Shown: positions 47,116-56,261 of the stretch, one piece after another
Layout: each line of letters starts with the position of its first letter
How positions within the stretch are numbered: position 1 is the first letter of the stretch
Assembly: GCA_963674825.1 (NCBI GenBank)
Contig: OY771587.1
Location: 1,824,001-1,888,000 of the forward strand
Source of the DNA: Candidatus Cloacimonadales bacterium
GTDB lineage: Bacteria > Cloacimonadota > Cloacimonadia > Cloacimonadales > JAIOQZ01
DNA length: 64,000 nucleotides
Direction of reading: 5' to 3'
Made by a program: the position numbers and the translations under genes
Notes under the pieces: model-generated
What the model saw: the letters and a program-made list of their open reading frames with translations, nothing else
Database searches by the model: none
What the model was told of the DNA's origin: nothing

Positions 47116-48045
47116 TTATTTCTTACCACGAATCGCCGCATCGTAGATATCGATAAGGCGTTGGGCTATAATCTTGTCATCGAGGTTGCGCACTTTTTCA
47201 CGACCATTGGTCTTGCCATAGTTTACTGCTTCCGGGAGTGCTTTTGCGATATCTTTGGCGTCGGTGACAAGCCAGCAGCCATCGCAACCTTCGATTCGCT
47301 CTTTGACATCTCCCACATCCGTGCTGACGATGGGAAGGTTGCAGTAGAGGGCTTCTTTGATCACATTGGGAGAGCCTTCATACCTCGAAGAGAGTAGAAG
47401 CGCATCAGCAGCGTACATATAGACCGGGATCTGATCGTGAGGGACGCCATTGACAACGTACATAACGATCGATTTATCCTCGATCATCTCCATTGCCTCA
47501 CAAGCCATCTTGTACCGTTTGTGATATTCACGTTCCGGATTCGATACCCAGATCGCATATTTTTTGTTTGGCTCAAATCCCACTTGTTTCCGGGCTTCTT
47601 CACGGGGGATATCCTTGAAGCGATTGAAATTTAGACCATTGGGTACGACAATGGCATCCAAGCCGGTTTTCTTCCGCATGTACTCGGATTTCACGATGAT
47701 CCGGGTTGCAAAGCGGCTGTGTGTGGCATGAAGAAGTTTTGCGGGAAGCCCTGTAAGCTCTATATCGGTTCCCATAAGCGAGGATACAAGCGGTTTACAG
47801 CCAGCCATCATTGCTGTATAGGAACTGTAAGAATAATGGGCATGGAAGCAGTCGTACTTGTTATTCTTCAGGTGTTTACGTAAAAGAATGGCGTGCTGGA
47901 GATAGGCTTTGGGTCCTTTTCCCTTGATTGGGAAGCAGTCCACCTGAACTCCCGCTCGAATAAGCGAAGTTACCTGATTATACACCAGCGAGCTCATCCC
48001 GTTGGCAGTGTTGGCGTTTCCGGATCCGATAAATAATACTTTCAT
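47116..48045 (-). CDS. GT4-family glycosyltransferase
   Basis: HAHY, VVPNG, SSRYEGSPNVIKEA (EX7E), PIVSTDVGDV. Confidence 0.9.
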   Translation of the reverse strand: MKVLFIGSGNANTANGMSSLVYNQVTSLIRAGVQVDCFPIKGKGPKAYLQHAILLRKHLKNNKYDCFHAHYSYSSYTAMMAGCKPLVSSLMGTDIELTGLPAKLLHATHSRFATRIIVKSEYMRKKTGLDAIVVPNGLNFNRFKDIPREEARKQVGFEPNKKYAIWVSNPEREYHKRYKMACEAMEMIEDKSIVMYVVNGVPHDQIPVYMYAADALLLSSRYEGSPNVIKEALYCNLPIVSTDVGDVKERIEGCDGCWLVTDAKDIAKALPEAVNYGKTNGREKVRNLDDKIIAQRLIDIYDAAIRGKK

Positions 48046-49778
48046 AAGGCTTGATTATACCAGAATCCCCAAGAGGATATCTTTGCGAAAAGGCGCTGTT
48101 GTGTTTGCCATTCTCCGCTGGAGATTGCTTCCTGTGTTTTATTGAAGTCCAGGTATGGATTACGGCATTGCTGAAGATAGAGCTCGAAAAACCGCAATGC
48201 GTTTCCTTTGGAGTCAAATGTGTTTTCCGGTTTTCGAAGATGCCGTCTGATATACGGTGCAACAATTGTCATGAGCCCAATGGGCGTAAGAACCGTCTTG
48301 GGGGCGTAACCTCTACCTGTCTTTATGTCAGACAGGATCGGGCTATTCTTCTTGATGATATAAGCGTAGGGAATCTGTCCTTTTTTGCGCAGAAACGGAT
48401 TGCTGGCAAACACTCTCTGATACGCAGAAGAGTAGACCGTCTGGTTAATCGTTCGAATCAGGTCTATATCGATGTAAGCCGAACGATTCTCAGCGTAATG
48501 ACTATCCGCTTTCATCTCGGTTCCGAAGTATTTTCGGAAAGATTCGGTCATCTGAAGAAGATAGAATCTCTTGGAATGACTGTAGCGTTTCAGCGGTTGC
48601 CAGATATATTTCTCAAAACTTTCCAACAGGCGATCTTTTAAATCAACTGGCGGGTTGAGCAGCGGAATCGTATCCGTCATGGTGTCGATGTATTTAGAAA
48701 ACTCGGGACGAAAATCATCCGCTTGCAACAGCTTCGCCATCAATGGTGATACAATACAACCCGTGATGTGAATTGCACGAAAAAGCTCGCTACCACAGTT
48801 ACCGCTCAGAACAACATCAACCTCTTTCCCAATATCCTGAAACGCCATCATATAATGAGCGCGCTCATATGTTGCAAGGCCATCGCTTCTAAGAATAATA
48901 TCCTTTGCTGCCTGCTCGAATTTTGTTTCGTGATAACTTGAATCAATAATGAATCTGCGATGCGTCATACCCATCTGAGAAGCGATCTCGCTTGCGACCA
49001 TCATATCGGTAACTTCCGGTGTCCCGAAAGTATAAAGTAGCAGATTGCGTGTGTCTTCAATTACAGAAAGAACGGTTCTACCGTCAAATCCGCCGGTAAG
49101 CGAAAGCGCTGTCCTGTCATGATCCGGCTTTGCCCGGGCCACAGCCTGCTTGAAAGACTTCTCGATCATGTCGAGCGCTTTGCGGCCCGAAACGGGATGG
49201 TCTGTGAAGAGTGTGTCGGGGTCGAAGTAGCAATGTTTCGAAAGCTTGTCACTTTCGAGCTCCAGATAATGCCCCGGATCGAGCAAGTGAACATCCTGGA
49301 AAAAGGTATTTTCACCCAGTGGATGATTGAATATCAGGAACTCTACGAGTGCGGTGTAATTGATCGATGGCGGATTCGATAGAATCTTCGGGAACCATGC
49401 CAGCGAGGAGGAGACAATGCAGTAGTCATCGTTGTCCAACCAGTAGAGTGGTTTGATACCAAGGTGGTCATGTGCGAAAACGACGCGATTCTTAATGCTA
49501 TCGATAATGAAGAGGTTGAACCAGCCGCGGATTTTCTCGAAGAGTGGCTCTAGTCCATGGCGATACGCTTCTACAAGCTGGGTATCATCAAGGAACATAC
49601 TTCCTTCGATGCCATAGATGATTCCATGGCTTTCAAAAGTGCGAACCTGCTTCTCCGTTCCGAAAATTAGAGCTGTTGTCCGGCCGGATTCTATCTTGTG
49701 ATATGGCTGGTTGATCGAGCTTACATCGAGATCACCGGAAGAGCCTTTCCGATGGATAACCAGAAAGCCGAGCATCAA
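48042..49778 (-). CDS. Asparagine-synthetase-related protein (no N-terminal Cys)
   Basis: DHLGIKPLYW, LSLTGGFDGR PP-loop-like motif, LSGNCGSELFR. Confidence 0.75.
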   Translation of the reverse strand: MMLGFLVIHRKGSSGDLDVSSINQPYHKIESGRTTALIFGTEKQVRTFESHGIIYGIEGSMFLDDTQLVEAYRHGLEPLFEKIRGWFNLFIIDSIKNRVVFAHDHLGIKPLYWLDNDDYCIVSSSLAWFPKILSNPPSINYTALVEFLIFNHPLGENTFFQDVHLLDPGHYLELESDKLSKHCYFDPDTLFTDHPVSGRKALDMIEKSFKQAVARAKPDHDRTALSLTGGFDGRTVLSVIEDTRNLLLYTFGTPEVTDMMVASEIASQMGMTHRRFIIDSSYHETKFEQAAKDIILRSDGLATYERAHYMMAFQDIGKEVDVVLSGNCGSELFRAIHITGCIVSPLMAKLLQADDFRPEFSKYIDTMTDTIPLLNPPVDLKDRLLESFEKYIWQPLKRYSHSKRFYLLQMTESFRKYFGTEMKADSHYAENRSAYIDIDLIRTINQTVYSSAYQRVFASNPFLRKKGQIPYAYIIKKNSPILSDIKTGRGYAPKTVLTPIGLMTIVAPYIRRHLRKPENTFDSKGNALRFFELYLQQCRNPYLDFNKTQEAISSGEWQTQQRLFAKISSWGFWYNQAL

Positions 49779-50707
49779 TACCCCATCGACTTGATGATTT
49801 TTCGCAGTCCGTCCTCGAAGGTGGTTTTCACTTCGAACTTGAGAATGTGTCTGGCTTTCTCGATCGACGCCAGCGAGTGCTTCACATCGCCAAGGCGCTC
49901 ATCGGCAAACTTCGGTTCGACATTGGTTCCGAGGATTTTGTTGATGAGGTTCACCAGGTCAAGCAGGGTGTAGCGCTCGTTACAGGCGATATTGAACACC
50001 TCTCCGGCAGCGCTTTCAGCTTCACAGGCGAGGAGGTTCGCATTCACGTTGTTCTCGACGTAGGTGAAGTCACGAGATTGCAAACCGTCACCGTATATGA
50101 TCGGTGATTCACCCTTGTAGATCATATTGATAAACTTCGGGATCACGGCACTGTATTGCGATGTCGGATCCTGGTTGGGTCCAAAGACGTTGAAATAGCG
50201 TAACGAGACGGTTTCGAGACCATAGATCTGATAGAACACCTGACAATACCGTTCGCCGGCATACTTGGTCACCGCATAGGGCGACATCGGTGAGACAGGC
50301 ATGGTTTCTTCTTTGGGGAGCCTTTCACTGTTGCCATAAACCGATGATGACGAAGCGAACACTACGCGCTTAACGCCAAATTCCTTTGCTGCTTCCAGCA
50401 CGTTCAGCGTACCGGAGATATTCACTTCGTTAGACGTGATCGGATCATTGATCGACCGCGGTACCGAAGGCAGCGCGCCCTGATGCAGGATGAAATCGAC
50501 ACCTTTGACGGCATCTCGTACGATATGGAAACTGCGTAGATCGCCTTCGAAGAGTTCAAACTTCGGATGCTTACGGAAGGGGAGAAGATTTTCCCGCTTT
50601 CCGGTTGAGAAGTTATCGAGAACGCGTGCAGTGTGACCACGTTCAAGGATTTCCTTAACGAGATTCGAGCCGATGAACCCCGCTCCGCCTGTAACCAAGT
50701 ATATCAT
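49775..50707 (-). CDS. NAD-dependent nucleotide-sugar 4-epimerase (WbpP/TviC-like SDR)
   Basis: VTGGAGFIGS, HQGALPSVPRS, YAVTK, LRYFNVFGPNQDP, GDVKHSLA. Confidence 0.9.
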   Translation of the reverse strand: MIYLVTGGAGFIGSNLVKEILERGHTARVLDNFSTGKRENLLPFRKHPKFELFEGDLRSFHIVRDAVKGVDFILHQGALPSVPRSINDPITSNEVNISGTLNVLEAAKEFGVKRVVFASSSSVYGNSERLPKEETMPVSPMSPYAVTKYAGERYCQVFYQIYGLETVSLRYFNVFGPNQDPTSQYSAVIPKFINMIYKGESPIIYGDGLQSRDFTYVENNVNANLLACEAESAAGEVFNIACNERYTLLDLVNLINKILGTNVEPKFADERLGDVKHSLASIEKARHILKFEVKTTFEDGLRKIIKSMGY

Positions 50708-50741
50708 AGTCGCCTCTGTATATTGCTCGTTTATCTGTTAT

Positions 50742-52448
50742 TTATTCAGTTAGAGAATGCTTCAATTGACTGTCGGATTCAAATAGATGAAGCATCTCCA
50801 CAATAATCCAAACTCTCAAAATGAGGGTGTTTCTGTCAATCTGTATCGGAAAAAAAGTATTACGTATCTGTTTGGCAAATTGCGGTATGAGTGGCTTGAG
50901 CAGTGCCTTAAGGCTCCTCTTCGACTTTGCCTTGGATGTGCCAGATGCTTGCGTCCACTTTAGAACATCGCGCAGCATCTTCTCTGGCAATTCCGGGTGT
51001 GGCGTGATGTTTTCCAGCCTCGAACGGATGTAACTCCGTGTCTCCTTCTCCGCCATGATGCCGGCCTGATTCTGGATCGCGCTGTAGCGTGCATAGGGGA
51101 CTTTCGGCGAGATAGCGTTCACGATTTCCTTGAAGAGCTTCTTCTCGGTCCGGTTTTTGTCACGCATGGTTCGGACAAAGTGGATGATGCTGTTGTCCAG
51201 AAGTGGATTATCGATTTCCACAAACGTGAATTTTATATCCGATAGCGCGGCGAGTACCGTGGGGGCCCGGAAGGTATGATAGAGCCTGTCCCTCCAGGTT
51301 GCCAGCGATTCTTTGCTCCGTCGCTCAAGGTCATTGGGAAATTGCCGCTTGTCGCAGCTCCAGGTCTCGAGGATCTGGTCATCCTCGAATGGTACGATCC
51401 CGATTGACTTCAGAACCATCCTCCGGCTCCAGGCTGTACCCCAACCGAAGCCTTCCTCTCCACGAACAACCTGCTGGATGTTCATGCTGTGGAGCTTGTT
51501 CCAGATATACATCCCGTCCCAGTAGCCGCCGATATTATCGATGCGTCCCTCGGAGCAGGTCAGAAAGCGAGTGAGTTTCGTTTCAGGTGATAGCTCGGGA
51601 GCCTCCGTTTTCAGAAACTGGTGATTTACGCCCAGCTCTTTCGCCAGCTTCACTGCAATCCAGGCGTCACTGTAGGGTAGAGAAAGCGCTTCCTCGACGC
51701 CCCATGTGATGGTGTGAATCTTGGATTGGTCGATCAGCTTGCGTAGCATGCAGACAATCGCCCGGCTGTCGTACCCACCGGATAGCGGGATGACGACATT
51801 CGCGCCGTCTGTCGGGATTCCACTTACAGCCTGATCAAGGAGCACGCGTAATTCTTTTTTTGTTTGCTTCTTCGAGCGTTTTAACGGTTTGAAGATGGGA
51901 GGATTCTCGTGAACGGTAACGTCCCATGTAGCGCGATCGAGAATTACGCGAGAACCGGGCTTTACCGCCTTCAAGCGCTTGTCCCATGCAATGCCTGGAC
52001 CAGTGTAGCCGGTTATCAGCATCCAGGAGATGGCCTGCCGGTTAACCTCGAAGCCTGGGATGCAGTAGAGCAAAGCGCGTTGCGATGTAGCTGCGATGAA
52101 GGTTTTCGAATCGTGATACCACCAAATGGTTCGTGAACCGGTCGCGTCGGCGACTAGCTCAATGTGGTGTTCATCCTGACGTACGATCGCGAAATTACCA
52201 TCATCTATCGACTTCCCTATTTTATCCCATTCCTTGTTCTGTGTACGTCCAAGTAGTACGGACATTCCACGGATTTCATTTGTGGAAGCGGGGTTGAACA
52301 TGAACAGCTCGGAGCCATCTTTCTCATTATAGAACGATGGACGCGGCTGCAAATTGTCCGGGCATAGCAATCCCTGGAGCTTGCCTGTTCTGGCTTGTAT
52401 GATCGGACTGGATTTATCTCTGGAACACGAAAACAGCAACTTCGCCAT
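50742..52448 (-). CDS. Second asparagine-synthetase-related protein
   Basis: DATGSRTIWW, PLSGGYDSR, VRGEEGFG, NPLLD. Confidence 0.72.
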   Translation of the reverse strand: MAKLLFSCSRDKSSPIIQARTGKLQGLLCPDNLQPRPSFYNEKDGSELFMFNPASTNEIRGMSVLLGRTQNKEWDKIGKSIDDGNFAIVRQDEHHIELVADATGSRTIWWYHDSKTFIAATSQRALLYCIPGFEVNRQAISWMLITGYTGPGIAWDKRLKAVKPGSRVILDRATWDVTVHENPPIFKPLKRSKKQTKKELRVLLDQAVSGIPTDGANVVIPLSGGYDSRAIVCMLRKLIDQSKIHTITWGVEEALSLPYSDAWIAVKLAKELGVNHQFLKTEAPELSPETKLTRFLTCSEGRIDNIGGYWDGMYIWNKLHSMNIQQVVRGEEGFGWGTAWSRRMVLKSIGIVPFEDDQILETWSCDKRQFPNDLERRSKESLATWRDRLYHTFRAPTVLAALSDIKFTFVEIDNPLLDNSIIHFVRTMRDKNRTEKKLFKEIVNAISPKVPYARYSAIQNQAGIMAEKETRSYIRSRLENITPHPELPEKMLRDVLKWTQASGTSKAKSKRSLKALLKPLIPQFAKQIRNTFFPIQIDRNTLILRVWIIVEMLHLFESDSQLKHSLTE

Positions 52449-52558
52449 GAATACCTCATTAAAGGACTTCTCTCAAAATCCCGTACTCTCCATACCATAG
52501 CTGTAATTGATTCCTGTCAAGCTCTTTTGGCTGTTGGGAAGAGGGATGCAAACGGTAG

Positions 52559-52592
52559 AAAAAAGGGGCAATCTCAGTGGATAGCCCCTTTT
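52559..52592 (-). terminator. Intrinsic terminator after the M1 peptidase
   Basis: AAAAAAGGGGC...GCCCCTTTT inverted repeat. Confidence 0.7.
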
Positions 52593-52617
52593 GTTGATTC
52601 GGAGTATTAATACTCTT

Positions 52618-55563
52618 CTATTTCATAAGGATCATTTTGCGCAGAGTGTTCTGTCCCGAAGCATTTAGTCGGCAGAGATAAACTCCGCTACTTACGGGAG
52701 TACCGTTTTTATCCCGACCATCCCACTCAATAGCGTGTTCACCGCCTTGGAACATTCCTTCTGCAAGTGTCGCGATCTTTTGTCCTCGGACGTTGTAGAT
52801 CACCAATTCGACATGGCTCTCCTGCGGCAAATCGAAGCGGATTGTTGTCGATGGATTGAACGGATTGGGATAGTTGCTCAGCGCGATAGACATTGGCGGT
52901 ACGGCTTCATCGCCTTCGGCCTGAATCTCGCCGAAGTCATCCATGACCATCACCATGAACTCTTCCGCTTGCTGATCGGCCATGAAGTAGAGCGGGAAAC
53001 CAAGCAGATAGAGTTTGTAGTCACCATCGAAACGAATCGCACAGGTTTGGTTTTCCCAATCGGGGTTATCCGTTGCGGAATCGTATTGATAGAGGATTTC
53101 AGCGTCGCTGTCAGGCGTAATAGCGCAAACATAAGGGAGGAGATGATTCCAGGTTGCCAGCTCTACTTTGTCCGGGTCAACAGTTAAAGCCGGATAGCCA
53201 CCGTAGGCCAGCGCTCCGGTGAAGTCGGCGGCATTTCCGAACCATGCTTCATCAATCAGGAACGCTGAGCGGAATTCGTTGTCGCTCAAGTTCTCGAGGT
53301 GTCGCCAGGAGGAAAGAAGTATATTTCCACCGGCTGAAAGGTATGCGTAAGAAGTATAGAGGTTACCGTCGAACGGGATGCTGTTGATGTCATCGCAGTA
53401 AATGACAATGGAGGAGTATTTCGCCATTTCACTAAGTGGCACAGCTCCATCCAGATTCGTATCCCACCAGGTAACGGTGTATTCTGACAGCATGTCGTGA
53501 TAGAAGGCATCGACTTCCGCGTCGGTAGGCATGGGCGATGTCTCTGGGTAATCGTCGGTCATATCGATGGCCAGGATACCTTGATCCAGCGTGAATTCCA
53601 CAGCTTCCAGCGAAATCGGGTTGGACATCGGTGTCGTATAGGTGGCATCCTCGCCGCTAACGGCGGAAATCGCGTAGTAATACGTCTGGTTCATCTCGGT
53701 CGTATCATCGATATAGACTCCTGCAGGTGCCGGAGCATTGTTGATAACATTCCAGTCCGTTCCGTTGGTGCTACGGTAGATGTAGTAGCCTGCAGAGTTC
53801 GGATCGAAGAATTCTTGCAGCGCAAGCATAACCGAGCCATCGCGATTGCGAACCGGAGCTTCAAGCTGCGGAAGTTGTTCGTCGAATCCTCCGTCGAGGA
53901 TGCGATTGACAGGATCCCATACCAGACTGTCCAGCTCAGCGCCCATGTTAAGTGTATGATAGCTGTATCCCCCCGGTGCCCATATACGGCCTTCATTGGT
54001 GTTGAGGTGATAAGGGACATAAAGGTCGAAGGGCTCGTCGGTAAGGTTGTAGGAATTCATGGCGACCTTGATGGAGTCGTTAGCGCTCGATGTGTAGTAG
54101 CAATAATCGTAAACAGGTCTGCCGGTCTGGTAGTACCACTGATCGAAATACCAGCCCAGTTCTATGCCGGCAGCTTCTTCCATGTGTGCTTCCAGATCGT
54201 CGTTGACCGCTGTTCCATAGCGCAGGTCAGGATCGCTCGTGTAGCTCGAAACACCCTCGAAGAATACTTCATCACCAAGCATGAAGCGCAGCATATGCAG
54301 CACCCACGCGCCTTTTCCGTACACTACCCAACTCAGGACATGCCCCTGACTACCGTCTGGATCACGTTCGAGCTTATCATCGAGATTATGATCGAACTGC
54401 GTCATGTGATACAGGTACATATCAAAACCGTAAAGGTACTCGGTGTAGAGCGCTTCGGAGAATGTTGCGAAGCCTTCGTTGAGCCAGATATAGGCCCAGG
54501 TATCGCAGGTGATCATGTCACCTGTCCACTGATGCGATAGCTCGTGTAAGACAGTAGAATAGTAAGAAGGATCGGCGATCGGGTCGCCGAAGGTCGTACA
54601 AGTTTGATGCTCCATCGCTCCGCCGAATTGTGGAACAACTGCGTGTCCGTATTTCTCGGCGAGGAAGGGATAGGTTCCGTATTGGGTTGAAAGGAAATCG
54701 ATCATACTGCAGATATCGCTGAACGCGGCTGACTGAACATCGTAATCCTCGGGATAGACGTAATTGGTCACCGGCATCTCTGTTCCTTCGTGCTCGTAGG
54801 TCAGCGTATTAACCGCGTAATTGGTGCAGGCTATGGAAATCAGGTATGTGGCGATAGGGTACGATTCGTGATATTTGATCGTCCTGGTGCCGTCGCCGTT
54901 ATCGGTATCGTCGGTAATGAGTCCGTTCGCTGCCAGCTTGTAATTATCCGGCATTGTGACCCATATATCGACGGAATTGGCCTTGTCGAATGGGTAATCT
55001 TTGCATGGGAACCACTGCGGGGCGCCACGTGGCTGAACGAATGTGAACGCAATCGGTTCGTTTGCGTGCGTAAAAAAGTACAATCCGCCTCCCGCTACAC
55101 CATCAATGACTGGAATTCCCTGATATTGGATACCAATCGTTACAATGTCGCCATTATTAGCTGTCTGCGGCAGGTCGACGGTGAGGCACCGATCTTCGTG
55201 CGTGTAGGTCGCAGTTTGGCCATTAACGCTGAGTCCGGTTATCTGGAGGCTGTCGTCGAAATCGAGTTCGATCGCGTTGACATTGTCTTCCACAACCATT
55301 ACTTCAACGATGTTATCCGCGACAATCGATTCGTTCTCGAAGTCGAGCGTGAGGTTGATTTTGTAATATTGGGCGTCGTAGTTATCCATGGTCCGTAAGT
55401 CGCGCGTTGTGTATTCCTGCCAGTCTCTAGCGAATTGTTGTTTGCTTTCGCAGAGCTGCATGGTGTTTTGCGCGAGACGTTTCACATCGACCGGTGGTTC
55501 GGCCGTAATTGCTATTGTTATAAGAAGAAAGATGACAATACAGATTGCTTGTGTCCTTCTCAT
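52618..55563 (-). CDS. Secreted M1-family zinc aminopeptidase with FN3-like and FlgD-Ig/T9SS-type C-terminal domains
   Basis: Signal peptide; GAMEH, HELSHQW...WLNEGFA (HEXXH-X18-E), VYGKGAWVLHMLR; NYPNPFNPSTTI...RKMILMK. Confidence 0.93.
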   Translation of the reverse strand: MRRTQAICIVIFLLITIAITAEPPVDVKRLAQNTMQLCESKQQFARDWQEYTTRDLRTMDNYDAQYYKINLTLDFENESIVADNIVEVMVVEDNVNAIELDFDDSLQITGLSVNGQTATYTHEDRCLTVDLPQTANNGDIVTIGIQYQGIPVIDGVAGGGLYFFTHANEPIAFTFVQPRGAPQWFPCKDYPFDKANSVDIWVTMPDNYKLAANGLITDDTDNGDGTRTIKYHESYPIATYLISIACTNYAVNTLTYEHEGTEMPVTNYVYPEDYDVQSAAFSDICSMIDFLSTQYGTYPFLAEKYGHAVVPQFGGAMEHQTCTTFGDPIADPSYYSTVLHELSHQWTGDMITCDTWAYIWLNEGFATFSEALYTEYLYGFDMYLYHMTQFDHNLDDKLERDPDGSQGHVLSWVVYGKGAWVLHMLRFMLGDEVFFEGVSSYTSDPDLRYGTAVNDDLEAHMEEAAGIELGWYFDQWYYQTGRPVYDYCYYTSSANDSIKVAMNSYNLTDEPFDLYVPYHLNTNEGRIWAPGGYSYHTLNMGAELDSLVWDPVNRILDGGFDEQLPQLEAPVRNRDGSVMLALQEFFDPNSAGYYIYRSTNGTDWNVINNAPAPAGVYIDDTTEMNQTYYYAISAVSGEDATYTTPMSNPISLEAVEFTLDQGILAIDMTDDYPETSPMPTDAEVDAFYHDMLSEYTVTWWDTNLDGAVPLSEMAKYSSIVIYCDDINSIPFDGNLYTSYAYLSAGGNILLSSWRHLENLSDNEFRSAFLIDEAWFGNAADFTGALAYGGYPALTVDPDKVELATWNHLLPYVCAITPDSDAEILYQYDSATDNPDWENQTCAIRFDGDYKLYLLGFPLYFMADQQAEEFMVMVMDDFGEIQAEGDEAVPPMSIALSNYPNPFNPSTTIRFDLPQESHVELVIYNVRGQKIATLAEGMFQGGEHAIEWDGRDKNGTPVSSGVYLCRLNASGQNTLRKMILMK

Positions 55564-55757
55564 TGTTGCCTCCTGTGCAGTTTTTATTTCAGATTGTTAA
55601 ATTGCATTTCTCATGCCATCCCGTTCGTGATGTTACATTCGATCTTTGCTGAGTGTAAATGTCTTGATGGAAGGACATTTAGGGTTGGGAGCAAGGGGAT
55701 ATTTAAAGCGTTTGGGCTATATCAAATAGATATGGGCAGTACCAATGAGATATGGAT

Positions 55758-56207
55758 TCACGGAGTCTCGGAGCTGGATATTGTGAAGTTTGCACACTCG
55801 CGATAAAGAGGGAGTCGATCGAGCCACATCTGGTGAATCTGCTCTTCAGTCTTGTCCTTGAGCAGAGGACGGTCGGTGTCTTTGATGCGCTGCCAGATGA
55901 GGTTCCATGGCGTATCGATGAAGATAATACGATGCGCATGATTTTTCATAAACTCGCGGTTGCTCTCACGTATGACAATACCACCTCCTGTCGCGCAGAC
56001 GCCGGTTTCGGGTAGTTTCTCCAATATGGCTGATTCAAGATTGCGGAAATAATCCTCGTCTCTTCTGATCATAATCTGGGTGATACTCATGTTGTGAGCA
56101 TCCTCGATCAAGGTGTCTGTATCGAAGAAAGGCAAGCGCATGCTATCCGCCATCTTTTTGCCAAGGGTAGATTTACCGCATCCCATGAATCCGATCAGGA
56201 AGACCAT
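55758..56207 (-). CDS. aroK: Shikimate kinase
   Basis: LIGFMGCGKSTLG, FFDTD, FRNLE, ATGGGIV, RPLL, RLPLY. Confidence 0.93.
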   Translation of the reverse strand: MVFLIGFMGCGKSTLGKKMADSMRLPFFDTDTLIEDAHNMSITQIMIRRDEDYFRNLESAILEKLPETGVCATGGGIVIRESNREFMKNHAHRIIFIDTPWNLIWQRIKDTDRPLLKDKTEEQIHQMWLDRLPLYRECANFTISSSETP

Positions 56208-56218
56208 ATAATCACTCC

Positions 56219-56247
56219 AAAAAAAAAGGGCGGTCGAAAACCGCCCT
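56219..56247 (-). terminator. Intrinsic terminator between rpsA and aroK
   Basis: AGGGCGGT-TTTCG-ACCGCCCT followed by a long T-run on the minus strand. Confidence 0.8.
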
Positions 56248-56261
56248 GTATATCAGTTCAA

